Shown: positions 41,869 through 56,424, counted from the stretch's first letter. The stretch is 64,000 nt of DNA from Octopus vulgaris (GCA_951406725.2 OX597839.1:7812001-7876000); one strand, 5' to 3'. The notes: a model not told the origin generated them from the sequence alone. Numbers and translations are program-made.

Positions 41869-41994
41869 TTTTAAAGGATTGACGTAACTCCTCACAGAAG
41901 TAAATAGACAATATAAATAAAGCGATGCGATGGAAATAGATATTTTATTGGTTTGAACAATATTTCGATAGCTTGTCTGTCTTTGTCGATATAT

Positions 41995-42216
41995 AGAAAT
42001 TCAAAATTACAGAAATTCAAATTCAAAAATTTGAACGAGGGTGAACTGCGTTCTCACATTGACAGAGTGACATCACGACTCTTAATTTTTCTTTTGTGTC
42101 TTTTGCCAGTCGTAAACTTGAAATTTGAAAGCTGATGATGTAATTCTGTCTACGTGAGAACGGAGGTTGCCCTCGTTCAAATTTTTGAATTTAAATTTCT
42201 ATAATTTTGAATTTCT
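41995..42216. mobile_element. MITE with about 80-bp imperfect TIRs
   Basis: agaaattcaaaattacagaaattcaaattcaaaaatttgaacgaggg... is mirrored at 42136-42216. Confidence 0.75.
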
Positions 42217-42352
42217 GCAGTATCATTTTTCATTTTGAACTCAACAAAGACAGGCAAACTGTCAAGATATAGCCCAAACCAACAAAATATCTACTGCCAT
42301 TTTATCACGCGCTTCGTATTGCATAATAATAGTAATAATAATAATGATGATG

Positions 42353-42400
<48 letters not shown>

Positions 42401-42403
42401 GTA

Positions 42404-42485
<82 letters not shown>

Positions 42486-42529
42486 TAATAATAATAATAG
42501 TAATAATGAGAATACTAATAATAAGTACG

Positions 42530-42620
42530 AAATAGCCCGGCTATGGAAAGTCTTTTACGTTTCGAGTCTACGCTCTTCCACAGAAAGGAACACGGAAATA
42601 AACAGGGAGAGAAAAAAAGA
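42530..42620 (-). mobile_element. Fragment of the CTGTGGAA-core hammerhead mini-element
   Basis: Minus strand cttt-CTGTGGA-a-gagc-gtag-actc-GAAAC-GTA-aaag (42552-42587). Confidence 0.6.
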
Positions 42621-42811
42621 ACCACCACCGCTACAACTACTACATATATAAGACAACAAAAAATATGTATGTATATATATATATATATAATGTTATATAT
42701 TACATGCATGTGTGTGCGTTGCAGTGTCTGTCTGTATTGTTATGTACGTATGGCAGCTTGCGTGTGGCTGTGCTATATTGCATCAGTGTACATATATATA
42801 TATATATATAT

Positions 42812-43477
42812 ATAATTTCAACAATTGAGGGTAAAATTAATTAATTATTAATTAATTTCACCAAGTGTTCAGTATGCAAAGGGACTATTTAAGGCGAATT
42901 CAAATTATTACAATATATAAAAGGGCTTAGTAAAATAAATTACTTTGCCGCATACTGAACTCATTAGAAATAGCAGCTAAAAAACTTTTTTAAAAACCAT
43001 TTCTAATACTTAAAGAAAATCTCTCTCTTATAGTGCTTGGTCAACTCAACTCACGAAAGTTTGGGGGTAAAGACATAAAAAAATCAAATGCAAAGGTTAT
43101 TTGAGAACGTACGTTTCAAGATTAGTCATCAAGGCACTTCTATCATCAGCTCAGAAACTCCATGGTTTGGATTTGAAGGAGATGAGAGGCCGAAGGAGTA
43201 TGCCCTCACTTTCAGTGTTTTCAAATCCAAACCATGGAGTTTCTGAGCTGATGATAGAAGTGTCTTGATGACTAATCTTGAAACGTACGTTCTCAAATAA
43301 CCTTTGCATTTGATTTTTTTATGTCTTTACCCCCAAACTTTCGTGAGTTGAGTTGACCAAGCACTATAAGAGAGATTTTCTTTAAGTATTAGAAATGGTT
43401 TTTAAAAAAGTTTTTTAGCTGCTATTTCTAATGAGTTCAGTATGCGGCAAAGTAATTTATTTTACTAAGCCCTTTTA

Positions 43478-43482
<5 letters not shown>
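42812..43482. mobile_element. Penelope-like inverted (head-to-head) repeat, about 265-bp arms, one hammerhead motif per arm
   Basis: 42913-43177 is the reverse complement of 43220-43482 (one substitution and a 2-nt CT indel seen). Each arm has tgag-CTGATGA-stem II-GAAAC-gtac-GTT-ctca followed by an AATAA-rich tail. Confidence 0.85.
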
Positions 43483-43512
<30 letters not shown>

Positions 43513-43740
43513 CCGGAGTAAACACATAAATGTGAAACAAGTTGGAAAAAAGAGTACTCAAATACCAGTGGTAAAGTAATATGCTTTATTTAAAGCACCA
43601 GAAAATTCAACAAAACCTTTACTCTGAGTTTCGCGTTGCCGTCCATCGGACAGTTTTTGCAAAAACTGTCCGATGGACGGCAACGCGAAACTCAGAGTAA
43701 CAGGTTTTGTTGAATTTTCTGCTGCTTTAAATAAAGTATA
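43513..43740. mobile_element. Spacerless palindrome of the 150-bp hammerhead mini-element
   Basis: Centre tttttg|caaaaa at 43659/43660; arms of about 80 bp (43580-43740); core CCGATGG..GAAAC-tcaga-GTA. Confidence 0.85.
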
Positions 43741-43749
43741 TATATATAT

Positions 43750-43837
<88 letters not shown>

Positions 43838-44728
43838 ATCTATCCTCGAAAAACTATAAGTGCCTAAATTGTCAACACCTGTTTATACATATAGCTTACT
43901 CCTCAAGCAGAATCAGCGCCTGCAGGCCGTTGTTCCAAGTTGCGCATAATATCCGTCCCCCTGTTTCTCATAGCTTGCCCTACAAATTGTATCTTCCCAA
44001 TTTTATTTTCCCAGGAATCATTAAATCGAGACAATGTTAGTCTATACCTACCTGCTTGTCTCGAAGCCGGACTTCATTCGTAGACTTACGATAAATACGA
44101 GATACCCTTAACAAATCAACCATGACTGATTACAAGAAAGATTTAGGCACTCAGCCAATCTAAAACTACTCTATTTGGTCAGCACATAAAAATAAATTAC
44201 CGAATAAAATAAACTAAAACCAAAATAAAACAAATATTTGATAAATCATGAAATTGTTATATAGAGATGTGAAACCACAGCAAAACCATCCATTAAAAAC
44301 AGACGTCGGTTATAAAACACATCAATTAGTCTATCTATCGATTTCTTTTTAGATTGATTTTTAGATAAAATAATATACATATACATATATAAATACATAC
44401 ATACACACACACATATATATATATATATGTGTATATATATAGGTATTATATCTATATGTATATATGTGTATATTATTGCCTTCATTGTAACTCGTAATAT
44501 CAACGTCATCGTCATCATCAACATCACTCTATCAGCACCACAACCACAACCACAACCACCAGCACCACCACCACCGCCACTACAGCTACTACTACTGCTG
44601 CTGCTGCTACTGCTGCTACTGCTACTACAACTACGCTGGTCATTAATATTGAAAGCAATTTCTCATCCTATTTGCATCGTTTCAACACATTTATCACTCA
44701 TTTGCATAAGTGTGTGGACATGCGTGTT

Positions 44729-44784
<56 letters not shown>

Positions 44785-44809
44785 TGTCTGTAAGAATATA
44801 TATATGTAT

Positions 44810-44840
<31 letters not shown>

Positions 44841-45007
44841 TACACACACACATATATATATATATATAGATATGTATATATACGTATATATATGTATTCT
44901 CAATTTAGCAAGTGGCATTATATAGCCTACTGAATCTATATACATATATATATATATATATATTCGTATGTATTCACATATATTCATACATATTTATATG
45001 TATGCTC

Positions 45008-45086
<79 letters not shown>

Positions 45087-45154
45087 CTAAATGTGTAAAT
45101 ATATTTAAGTATATATATGTGTGTAAAACCTAAATGTGTAAATATATATATACG

Positions 45155-45226
<72 letters not shown>

Positions 45227-45332
45227 CATATACATAAATACATACAAAATGGATACGTATTTACATATATATATTATAGATATATATATCCATATATGTA
45301 CACATATACATCGACACACACACACGCATATA

Positions 45333-45425
<93 letters not shown>

Positions 45426-45971
45426 GTATACATATACATATATATAATTATATGCATAAATATATATTTATTTAATCGTGTTTATGTATATGCTCGTGTT
45501 ATTTCACTCCCCACCTCAGTCTTCCATTACATATACGTTCATCTATCATCTAACACGACTTAATCCTACTCCCTCCCACTCACTACTTCATATACCTCTC
45601 TATTTCTCAATCATTCTCCCTCTCTTCACCACTCTCATATTCTCTACGACTCTTTCTTTATCTCACACATTCTCATCCTCCCTTAACATACATAGACTTA
45701 TCAGAAGCGTACCCAGTACCTTCGCCATATTTCAGTGAGAATCTATCACAGCCTGTCTCTCTATTTATACCATAACTCCACTTATAATTTGATAAAGAAC
45801 GGACCATGTAATAAATAAAATAAAATATTAAGTAAAGAAGTAAACAAAAAAGTTATGAAAAAAATTACTTGTGCAAGGATTTTTTGGCTGGGATAATCGA
45901 AAGCTAAAAAATCAATGGAGAATTATAAACAGCAATCAAATGCCTGGTAATATTGTATTTACATGCATATA

Positions 45972-46007
<36 letters not shown>

Positions 46008-46808
46008 TATATGTACATATATATATATATATATATATAATATGTATGTATATGTATATATATATATATATGTGTGTGTGTATGTATGTAAATATATATG
46101 TATATATGGATATAACATATACATACATATATATATACATACGTACGTACGTATATACGTATATATATATATATATATAAGTATGCAAGTTAGTGTTTAT
46201 ATTCACACATCTATATTCCTAGATATATATCCACCTATATATATATATATATATATACATGTAATATATATATATATATATACATATATGTATATAAATA
46301 TGCATACATATGTCTATGTATCTATCTATTTCTATACATATATATAGATAGACAGATACATACATACATATATACATACATATACATATAACCCCATATA
46401 TATATATATATGTATGGGTGTATATATATATATATATATATATGTATGCATTACTTATACGCTTGTGTATGTATGCATGTTTGTATGTATGTATGTATGT
46501 ATGTATGTATGTATGTATGTATGTATGTATGTGTGAGTGTGTGTGAATGTTCTATCCACGGTATGTGTTATCTGTTTGGAACACTTCAAATCATGACTCT
46601 TTTCCTTTCCCTTTGTACGTTTTTGTTCTTATTTTTATTCTCTTTCCCCACCCATCCACGCCCACCCTCACTGATGATTTGTCTTTGTTTACATTTTCCT
46701 TTCCCATCGTCATGTTTTCCTAATGTTTCTTTCTCTTTCTGCTTTCTACTTTTATACCAACGTCATCACCATCTGCAGCAGCGGCAGCACTAGTAGCAGC
46801 AGCCTAAA

Positions 46809-46861
<53 letters not shown>

Positions 46862-47049
46862 ATATTAATGATACTATAATAATTTTCATTGTTGTTGTTG
46901 TTGTTGCTGCTATGATTTTTACCATCATCAGCAGCAGCATCAGCATCATCATCGTCATTATCATCATCATCATCGTCATTATCCTCCTCATCATCATCAT
47001 CGTCATCATCGTTGCCATCATCATCATCATCAACATCATCATCACCACC

Positions 47050-47099
<50 letters not shown>

Positions 47100-47194
47100 C
47101 ATCATCATCACTATCCCTTTTTAAATATTTCCTCTGTTATTTACACGCATAGATACACATGTATCTGTAAGTATACGCATGTATCTCTCTCTCT

Positions 47195-47256
<62 letters not shown>

Positions 47257-47405
47257 ATATATATATATGTGTGTATGTATGTAAATATATATAGACATAA
47301 TATATACAGCTATATATGTATATATATATATGTTTATATACATATATATGTATATATATGTTTATATACATATGTATGTATGTATAGATATACATACATA
47401 CATTC

Positions 47406-47443
<38 letters not shown>

Positions 47444-47520
47444 GAATGTATGTATGTATATCTATACATATATATATATACACATATATATATATGTATA
47501 TATACATATATATATATACA

Positions 47521-47628
<108 letters not shown>

Positions 47629-48180
47629 TGAAGTCTTTATCGTGGTCTGGATAAGTTGTTTGAGTTGACTGAAGCCCGTTTATTCATTTATTTTTTTATC
47701 TTTAGTATCGTTTTGTTTTTTGTTTTTTGTTTCCTTTTAAATATTTTTGTCTGCTTTCTCCCACTGACTACCGATAACTTATACGAAAAAAATATACATA
47801 AAACCTACTAAAAATACAAAAACAACAGAAATCTCACCCTGAAGACAAAAGAAAATGGCGCTGACATGAAAGCAAACGCTAGTTTTAATTCGAAAACTTC
47901 TCTGGGTCAGCATTTTTTTTTTATTTAGTTTCAGTTTGTTTCTTTTGTTTTCTTCTTTTACATTATTCTATTTCCCCAAGGAATTACAAAACACCAAAAT
48001 CAAACAACAATACGCAAAAGCAAGACATAATCGAAAACAAAGACGAAACAAACTCATACGAATTATTGATAAATATGGTAAAAATTTATCCTCATTGAAC
48101 ATTGGCAGCAGTCCTTCTATATTTACAGTATCTGGCTTAGTCACCATGTAATGCTACAGACATCTGAAGAATAGTATTAC

Positions 48181-48228
<48 letters not shown>

Positions 48229-48238
48229 TAACAATAAC

Positions 48239-48316
<78 letters not shown>

Positions 48317-48344
48317 AATAATAATAGTAATAGTAATAGTAATA

Positions 48345-48884
48345 TAAGCCCTGATAAAGTCCCAAGCAGTGGCTCTCATGGCTTCTGATCTTGACTGATT
48401 GGAAGTGTTATCATGTACATTGTTTTGTCTTGGTATAGAAGATGTGCTACAGCAAATATTCTGCTCAATACCACAGATTTGCTTGTCAGTTGTTTGACCA
48501 TAACGAATTGAGCATGTCCTTTAGTGGCTGACGATACGGGCAGAAGTAGTGGGGGAGCATCATAGCCATGTATTGAGTAGGATTCTTTGGGGTTTGAATA
48601 ATTCACCTCTGGAAACATGGGCGTTTCGTTCAACATCCTTAAACAACCTTTATTTGGGGATCTTTTGAGCGGGATGGGTTACTCGACCAGAAGAAAATTC
48701 TAAATGAGCCCCACCTGCAAGGTCTTGCGCTATTTATCTTGATATGAGATCACCATGTAGCACACATATGGTTGTGATGGATGTGCCTGATGTACCCTTA
48801 TCAGACGGGTAGTCATGATGGGTATACTGGGCTTCGTATATTTTACCCCAGTGTCACTTTAATAGCATGCACTGCTCTCTCACT
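48345..48884 (+). mobile_element. Non-coding (TAA)n-inserted repeat, longer copy
   Basis: Its 3' part matches 36853-37192; (TAA)n on both sides. Confidence 0.8.
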
Positions 48885-48898
48885 CAATAATAATAATG

Positions 48899-48974
<76 letters not shown>

Positions 48975-49224
48975 TAATGATGATGATGATGATGATGATA
49001 ATGCCAATAGAAAGTTCCAAACACCATTTCTCAAAATGTAAATCTGAAAAAGAAATTTAAAAATTTAATGGAGAAAATATTGCATACCACTGTACTTCCT
49101 GAATACCAGCTATACTGTAGTAATCCTGTGGTGTGATAATCGTGACGACGGTATTAGGGGAGAACTTTAATAAGATACTGACAGGAACAGAGGCAGTGAC
49201 TTACGAGTTCCGTGAAGGGAACTT

Positions 49225-49462
49225 TCTTAATCTTTTAACATGCCTTCTTACAACCTACAAGGATTTAACATCAATGATACTGCAAAAGCGAATTAATACT
49301 TAAAAGAAATCAACCTGCTTCCAGAAGAGCAGAAGAGATGCTGTAAAGGTGCATGTGATTGTAAGGGTCAATTATAGAAGGACAAACCTTTAACTGAGGA
49401 CTGCCAAATGAAAAGAAAGATCTGAAGGTGGCATGGACGGACTACCGGAAGACTTTTGATTA
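49225..49462 (+). pseudogene. R4/Dong-like RT remnant (N-terminal RT motifs)
   Basis: LLTCLLTTYKDLTSMI..YLKEINLLPEEQKRCCKGACDCKGQL..EDCQMKRK/LKVAWTDYRKTFD matches R4-type PITCL..YK.LT / LP.EQKGC / GCKDQL / MAWIDY.KAFD. Confidence 0.75.
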
Positions 49463-49991
49463 TATTTTCTAAATATGGGCCGTGGAAACACTGGTCAAGA
49501 TTCCTCCTCTCCTTGGTCGCACTGCTTTCGTGGGTTTTCCATGACTTTCTGTCGCCATCCAATTCCATTATTACAAATTTGAACTAGGGACTTGAGTCAT
49601 GGAGAATCTTAGCTACGTATACAACAATGGACGGTACCTTCCAATGGATGCATTGCAATGTCTCTCTTCATAGAACTTGGTGATCCTGACCGCTGGTCTA
49701 GGATTCCTCTGCTCAGCATTAATGTAAGAAACACCCGTGGCTCAGTTGAGCTTCTCTGGCACTTCTACCCACTCCGCCAGGTTGCAGCCCTATGACCTCG
49801 CTGTATCCCTGGCAGAGTGGCTCAAAAGGTGCTATAACTTGGCGAAGAGCAACCCGCCAGATTAAAGTAACAAAAATATTGAAATATGCATGAGAACCAT
49901 ATGGGTAATTGAAAAAAAAAATTGTCGTTACCAACAAAAAAGGGAATCGTAAAAACAAAAGCTATTTCCATTAGTAGAGAACAATTCCAAT

Positions 49992-50376
49992 ACTCTTTTA
50001 CTTGTTTCAGTCATTTGACTGCGGCCATGCTGGAGCACCGCCTTTAATCGAGCAACTTGACCCTGGGACTTATTCTTTTGTAAGCCCAGTACTTATTCTA
50101 TCGGTCTCTTTTGCCGAACCGCTAAGTAACGGGGACGTAAATACACCAGCATAGGGGGACAAACACAGGCACACAAACACACACATGCATATATATATAT
50201 ATATACATATATACGACGGGCTTCTTTCAGTTTCCGTCTACCAAATCCACTCACAAGGCTTTGGTCGGCCCGAGGCTATAGTAGAAGACACTTGCCCAAG
50301 GTGCCACGCAGTGGGACTGAACCCGGATCCATGCGGTTGGTAGGCAAGCTACTTACCACACAGCCACTCCTGCGCC
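49992..50376 (-). mobile_element. SINE family A
   Basis: Near full length, with an internal deletion. Confidence 0.9.
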
Positions 50377-50469
50377 AATGGTTACAATTCTCAACTGGTT
50401 TTCTGTCTTGCGTTCCGCCTTTTTTTTTTATTTATGAACAGAAATATGTGGGGAGATAAATGTAACAGG

Positions 50470-50845
50470 AAGGTAATAATCTTTTGCGTATGAATGATCT
50501 GACGGTGTATGCTGCAGATGATAAACATCCAGAAACGTTACGGCAAACAACATAAAGTTTTATAGAATAAATATGCATGAGATTCGGCTCAGAAAAATGC
50601 CTCAGAGCGACCTTGAATTAAGAACGTTGACAAAATCATAGATAAGGAAAGAAACTGAGATAAAGCATATATAGACATACGAATACTTAAGAATCAATGA
50701 ACTAGACAGCGTACAACGCACACAAATGAATGAAAAGATTAAGAAGGAATATTATAGAAGAGTCAGATTAATATTTAGAAATAAACCTAAATGCAAAAGA
50801 ATTAAGATAATATTCAGCAAAATTCTAGCTACTCAAGAATATGTT
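50470..50845 (+). pseudogene. R4/Dong-like RT remnant (YMDD region onward)
   Basis: NLLRMNDLTVYAADD..ICMRFGSEKC..TYEYLRINE..MNEKIKKEYYRRVRLI. Confidence 0.75.
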
Positions 50846-50854
50846 ACTCTCTTT

Positions 50855-51248
50855 TTTCTCTTTTACTCTTTTACTTGTTTCAGTCATTTGACTGCGGCCA
50901 TGCTGGAGCACCGCCTTTAGTCGAGCACATCGATCCCGGGACTTATTCTTTGTAAGCCCAGTACTTATTCTATCGGTCTCTTTTGCCGAACCGCTAAGTT
51001 ACGGGGACGTAAACATCGGTTGTCAAGCAATACTAGGGGGACAGACACAGACACAAACATACACGCACACACACACATATATATATACATATATACGACG
51101 GGCTTCTTTCAGTTTCCGTCTACCAAATCCACTCAATAGGCATTGGTCGGCCCGGGGCTATAGCAGAAGACACTTGCCCAAGATGCCACGCATGGGACTG
51201 AACGCGGAGCCATGTGGTTGGTTAGCAAGCTACTTACCACACAGCCAG
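50855..51248 (-). mobile_element. SINE family A
   Basis: Reverse complement of the family A consensus. Confidence 0.9.
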
Positions 51249-51381
51249 TCATTATATTTACAGTTTGCAGCTAAGCAAACTAGACAAGGAAACATAAAGA
51301 ATCTAGAATACGCGATCTAGAATCTGGCATTGGAAATCTGGCAGTTGGGCGCTTATTCTACTAGAGGAATACTGCAAAATT

Positions 51382-51766
51382 GTGGAGGCGCAATGGCCCA
51401 GTGGTTAAGGCAACGGACTCGCGGTCATAGGATCGCGGTTTCGATTCCCAGACCGGGCGTCGTGAGTGTTTATTGAGCGAAAAAAACTTAAGATCCACGA
51501 GACTCCGGCAGGGGATGGTGGTGATCTCTGCTGTACTCTTTCACCACAACTTTCTCTCACTCTTACTTCCCGTTTCTGTTGTACCTGTATTTCAAAGGGC
51601 CGGCCTTGTCACTCTCTGTGTCACGCTGAATATCCCCGAGAACTACGTTAAGGGTACACGTGTCTGTGGAGTGCTCAGCCACTTACACGTTAATTTCACG
51701 AGCAGGCTGTTCCGTTGATTCGGATCAACCGGAACCCTCATCGTCGTAACCGACGGAGTGCTTCCA
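51382..51766 (+). mobile_element. SINE family C head with tail Y
   Basis: gtggaggcgcaatggcccagtggttaagg..; tail gtctgtggagtgctcagcc..cgtcgtaaccgacggagtgc. Confidence 0.85.
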
Positions 51767-51869
51767 AAAAAATACTACAAAATTATCCGTTTTAGGAATA
51801 GAAGAATATCTACGAAACCATGGAAAATTAAAATAAAATGATATGAAACATGACGAAATATATAACAGC

Positions 51870-52174
51870 CGTGAGCGAGCGTGGGTGTGTTGCTTCCCAA
51901 CCACATGGTTCCGGGTTCAGTCGAACTGCGTGGAACTTTGGGTGAGTGTCTTCTACTCACTTCGGCCGACTAAAGCCTTGTGAGTGCAACTGGTAGGCGT
52001 AAACTGAAATATATATCCTTTTTTCTCTCCTTCTTTCTTTCTGTATTCCTTTCTGTGGAAGAGCGTAGGCTCGAAACGTTAAAGACTTTTTCAATTCCCG
52101 AGCGTTATACTAATACATATGTTTGTTTTATATACCACCTTTCTTCGTCTTTTGTTTTTTTTTTTGTGAATTCT

Positions 52175-52239
<65 letters not shown>

Positions 52240-52510
52240 ATATATATATATATGTGTGTGTGTGTATGTGTGTGTGTGTGCGTGTGTATTTATGTGTGAG
52301 TGTGTCTGTGTTTGTCCCTCCGCCATCGTTTGACTACCGATGCGGGTGTGTTTATGTCCCCGTACCTTTGCAGTTCGACAAAAGACACCGATTGTGTAAG
52401 TATTAGGCTTACAACGATTAAGTCGTGGAGTCGATTTCTTAGAACCAAAACCCTTGAAGGCGGTGCTCCAGCATGGCCGCAGTCAAACGACTGAAACAAG
52501 CGAAAGAATA
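51870..52510 (+). mobile_element. Diverged SINE family A with a nested CTGTGGAA-core hammerhead mini-element (about 52012-52178)
   Basis: The SINE 5' half ends at about 52010 and the 3' half resumes at about 52290. Motif cttt-CTGTGGA-a-gagc-gtag-gctc-GAAAC-GTT-aaag at 52049-52084. Confidence 0.75.
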
Positions 52511-52739
52511 AAACACTAAAAATGTTCCGAAAATGCTAAAATCTAAATTATGATTGGGACAAGAAAACACCCGGAGAAAATGTAGGCAAGAAAGCTCTTC
52601 TACGGCCGGTGCTTTCCCTCAATAAACACTCACAACCCCCGCTCTGGGAATCGAAACCATGATCCTACGACCGCGAGTCCGCAGCCCTAACCACTAGGCC
52701 ATTGCACCTCCACACACACACACACACACACATATATAA

Positions 52740-52793
<54 letters not shown>

Positions 52794-52797
52794 ATAT

Positions 52798-53038
52798 ACT
52801 CTTTACTCCATTTACTCTTTTACTTGTTTCAGTCAGTTGACTGCGGCCACGCTGGATCACCGCCTTTAGTCGAGCAACTCGACCCCGGGACTTATTCTTT
52901 GTAAGCCCAGTACTTATTCCATTGGTATCTTTTGCCGAACCGCTAAGTAACGGGGACATAAACACACCAGCATCGGTTGTCAAGAAATGCTAGGGGGACA
53001 AATACAGACACACAAACATACACGCAAACATATACATA

Positions 53039-53079
<41 letters not shown>

Positions 53080-53228
53080 GACAGGCTTCTTTCAGTTACC
53101 GTCTACCAAATCCACTCACAAGGCTTTGGTCGGTCCGAGGCTATAGTAGAAGACACTTGCCCAAGGTGCCACGCAGTGGGACTGAACCAGGAACCATGTG
53201 GTTGGTAAGCAATCTACTTACCACACAG
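52798..53228 (-). mobile_element. SINE family A
   Basis: Reverse complement of the family A consensus. Confidence 0.88.
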
Positions 53229-53259
<31 letters not shown>

Positions 53260-53276
53260 CATACACGCACACGCAA

Positions 53277-53310
<34 letters not shown>

Positions 53311-53767
53311 ACACACACATACGTATATATATGTTCATATGTGTGTGTATACGTGGGTGTATGAGTGCGTTTGTGTCCTAATCTTTTGGTTATTACCCAG
53401 CATGATACATGTGCCGGTGCATATTTATGGTGTGCAGAGAACTGAGTAAGCATCTTCCCTTATGTATCTTCTCTCTTGCATCTGGCATGATTTCGTTGCT
53501 ATAGCGAATCAAAAGAACTGCTGTAACGCCTCCCCTGTGTAAACATGAAGAGCTTTTCTTGTCAAATCGATAGATTTAAATGGCATGTAATATGGAGAAG
53601 AAGATTAATCAGTGGATTATGAATAAAATCCATTGGATTATAGCATATTAATTTTCAGATAATACGATGCAAGAATTTGATTGCATTTTCTGGTTGCGAA
53701 TTTTCGGCTTTTCATTCATTCCTATTCAACAAATATTATTCACACAGACTCCACAAAGGCAGAATTA

Positions 53768-53859
<92 letters not shown>

Positions 53860-54289
53860 ATGTGTGTGTGTGTATGTGTGTGTGTATGTGTGTGTATGTG
53901 TGTGTGTATGTGTGTGTGTTGAGGCTGAGATGGTGAAGTGAGATAAAATCTAAGACAGACGAAATAAGAACTGATTCCTCTCGTGGGAGTCGAACAACGT
54001 GTCCCTCGACCGTTGGGTGGCTACACTATAGATTACACCAACGAGATTCCGAATGAAATAATCTGCCTAAATTAACACTTGTAAGAGGTTTTACTGGATA
54101 AACTAGCAATAAGATCTCAACCCATATCACACAGAGGATCGTGAGATAACTCTCAGCCACTCAGTCACCAGAAGATATCATATCTGATTATTTGCAATCT
54201 CAATCCAGTGTCCCACATAAATTTGAATATTTTATGATGTAAACCAAATTCCAGAATATCATTAGAAATTAGTTGTAACATTCGTTTCA

Positions 54290-54779
54290 AATTTTGGTAC
54301 AATGCTCAACTGGTGCTTATTTTCATTGATTCTGAAAGGATGAAAGGCAAAGTCTACCTCGGCGGCTTTTGAACTCAGAACTTAAAAAGAGACGAAATGC
54401 CTCTAAGAATTTTTCCCGGCGCGGTAACGCTTCTGCCAGCTGAACACCTTACAATCATTTATAATATTGATTTCAAGGCCGACCAAAGCCTTGTGAATGG
54501 ATTTGGTAGACAGAAACTGAAAGAAGCCTGTCGTATATAAATATGTATATATGTGTGTGTGTGTATATATGTTTGTGTGTCTGTGTTTGTCCCCCCCAAC
54601 ATCGCTTCACAACCGATGCTGGTGTGTCTACGTCCCGATAACTTAGCGGTTCGGCAAAAGAAGCCGATAGAATAATTACTAAGCTTACAAAGAATAAGTC
54701 CTGGGGTCGATTTGCGCGACTAAAGGCGGTGCTCCAGCATGGCCACAGTCAAATGACTGAAACAAGTACAAGAGTAAAG

Positions 54780-54780
<1 letters not shown>
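54290..54780. mobile_element. SINE B fragment (minus, about 54290-54450) and SINE A 3' part (plus, about 54476-54780)
   Basis: Family motifs recognisable in both segments. Confidence 0.75.
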
Positions 54781-54848
<68 letters not shown>

Positions 54849-54850
54849 TG

Positions 54851-54896
<46 letters not shown>

Positions 54897-54906
54897 TGTA
54901 CGTATG

Positions 54907-54958
<52 letters not shown>

Positions 54959-54964
54959 TGTACG

Positions 54965-55009
<45 letters not shown>

Positions 55010-55687
55010 TGTGTGTGTGTGTGTGTGTTATTTTTCATTTTATTTCTATACACATGCGCGTACATATATAGTTCAGTTCTCACATTAAAATTTCTAGTGG
55101 CAGTTATAATTAATCTTTTTTATTTTGATTTCAGCTTTTTTTCTTCTTATCCCAAACAATTGTTATTTCGCTATAAAGAAATATTATTCCAATATAAGTA
55201 ATTTAAGAATTTCACGAGACAATAGTTACCTCCTTTTGGAATTATGACCTTATCTCTTTAGGGCCATGAATATTTCTTCATTGTTACTATACAAATAGAT
55301 TATAACTATTAAAAGACAAAGGTATTAAGACCAGCCAACTCACTATCATTACCACGACCACCACCCCAGAGGATAAAAATGGAAAAGAAACAGGAAAAAA
55401 TATTAACACGAAATTTTCATTTGCTGATCTATACATAATTACAAAGAATGAGTGGGCTGATGTGTTTACAATATCTATGTTGAAGTTTATATATACGCAT
55501 ATAGTTACGTTCATACCTATCGATATACAGTATTTATATATTATATATATATATATATTATGTATATACATGCTTATATACGTAAATGTGTATATGTGTG
55601 TATGCATGTATGTATGAATGTCGGTATGCATGTGTGAGTATATCGATAGATATATTGTTAGATAAATAGACATATATATATATATAG

Positions 55688-55720
<33 letters not shown>

Positions 55721-55765
55721 TAGAAAGATAGACAGATAGATATAGGTAGATAGACAGATAGATAT

Positions 55766-55862
<97 letters not shown>

Positions 55863-55929
55863 GAAAGATAGACAGATAGATATAGATAGATATAGATAGA
55901 GATATATATATATATATATAGCGATAGAG

Positions 55930-56051
<122 letters not shown>

Positions 56052-56257
56052 GTAGATAAATAGATAGATAGTCTGTAGTTTTTATTCCTTCAAAATAATA
56101 GAAACAATGAATGAACACAATAAATAAACAGATCACCCGATAACTTCCTCGATCGCTGTATAAACATAATATAAATATAAATATTGAAATAAAGGAATAA
56201 TGACCTGAAATGATTTATTTCATGAAGCAAATAGAACCATAAATCAAATGGATTACA

Positions 56258-56302
<45 letters not shown>

Positions 56303-56382
56303 TGATGGTGATGGTGATGATGATGGTGATGATGATGATGATGATGATGATGATGAGGAGGAGGAGGAGGAGGAGGAGGAGG

Positions 56383-56424
<42 letters not shown>

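Noticed and set aside
47838-47860. CTGAAGA...GAAAA hammerhead-like words (similar isolated CTGANGA at 36996, 42132, 46671)
   Set aside because: No stem II/III/I pairing around the core words.
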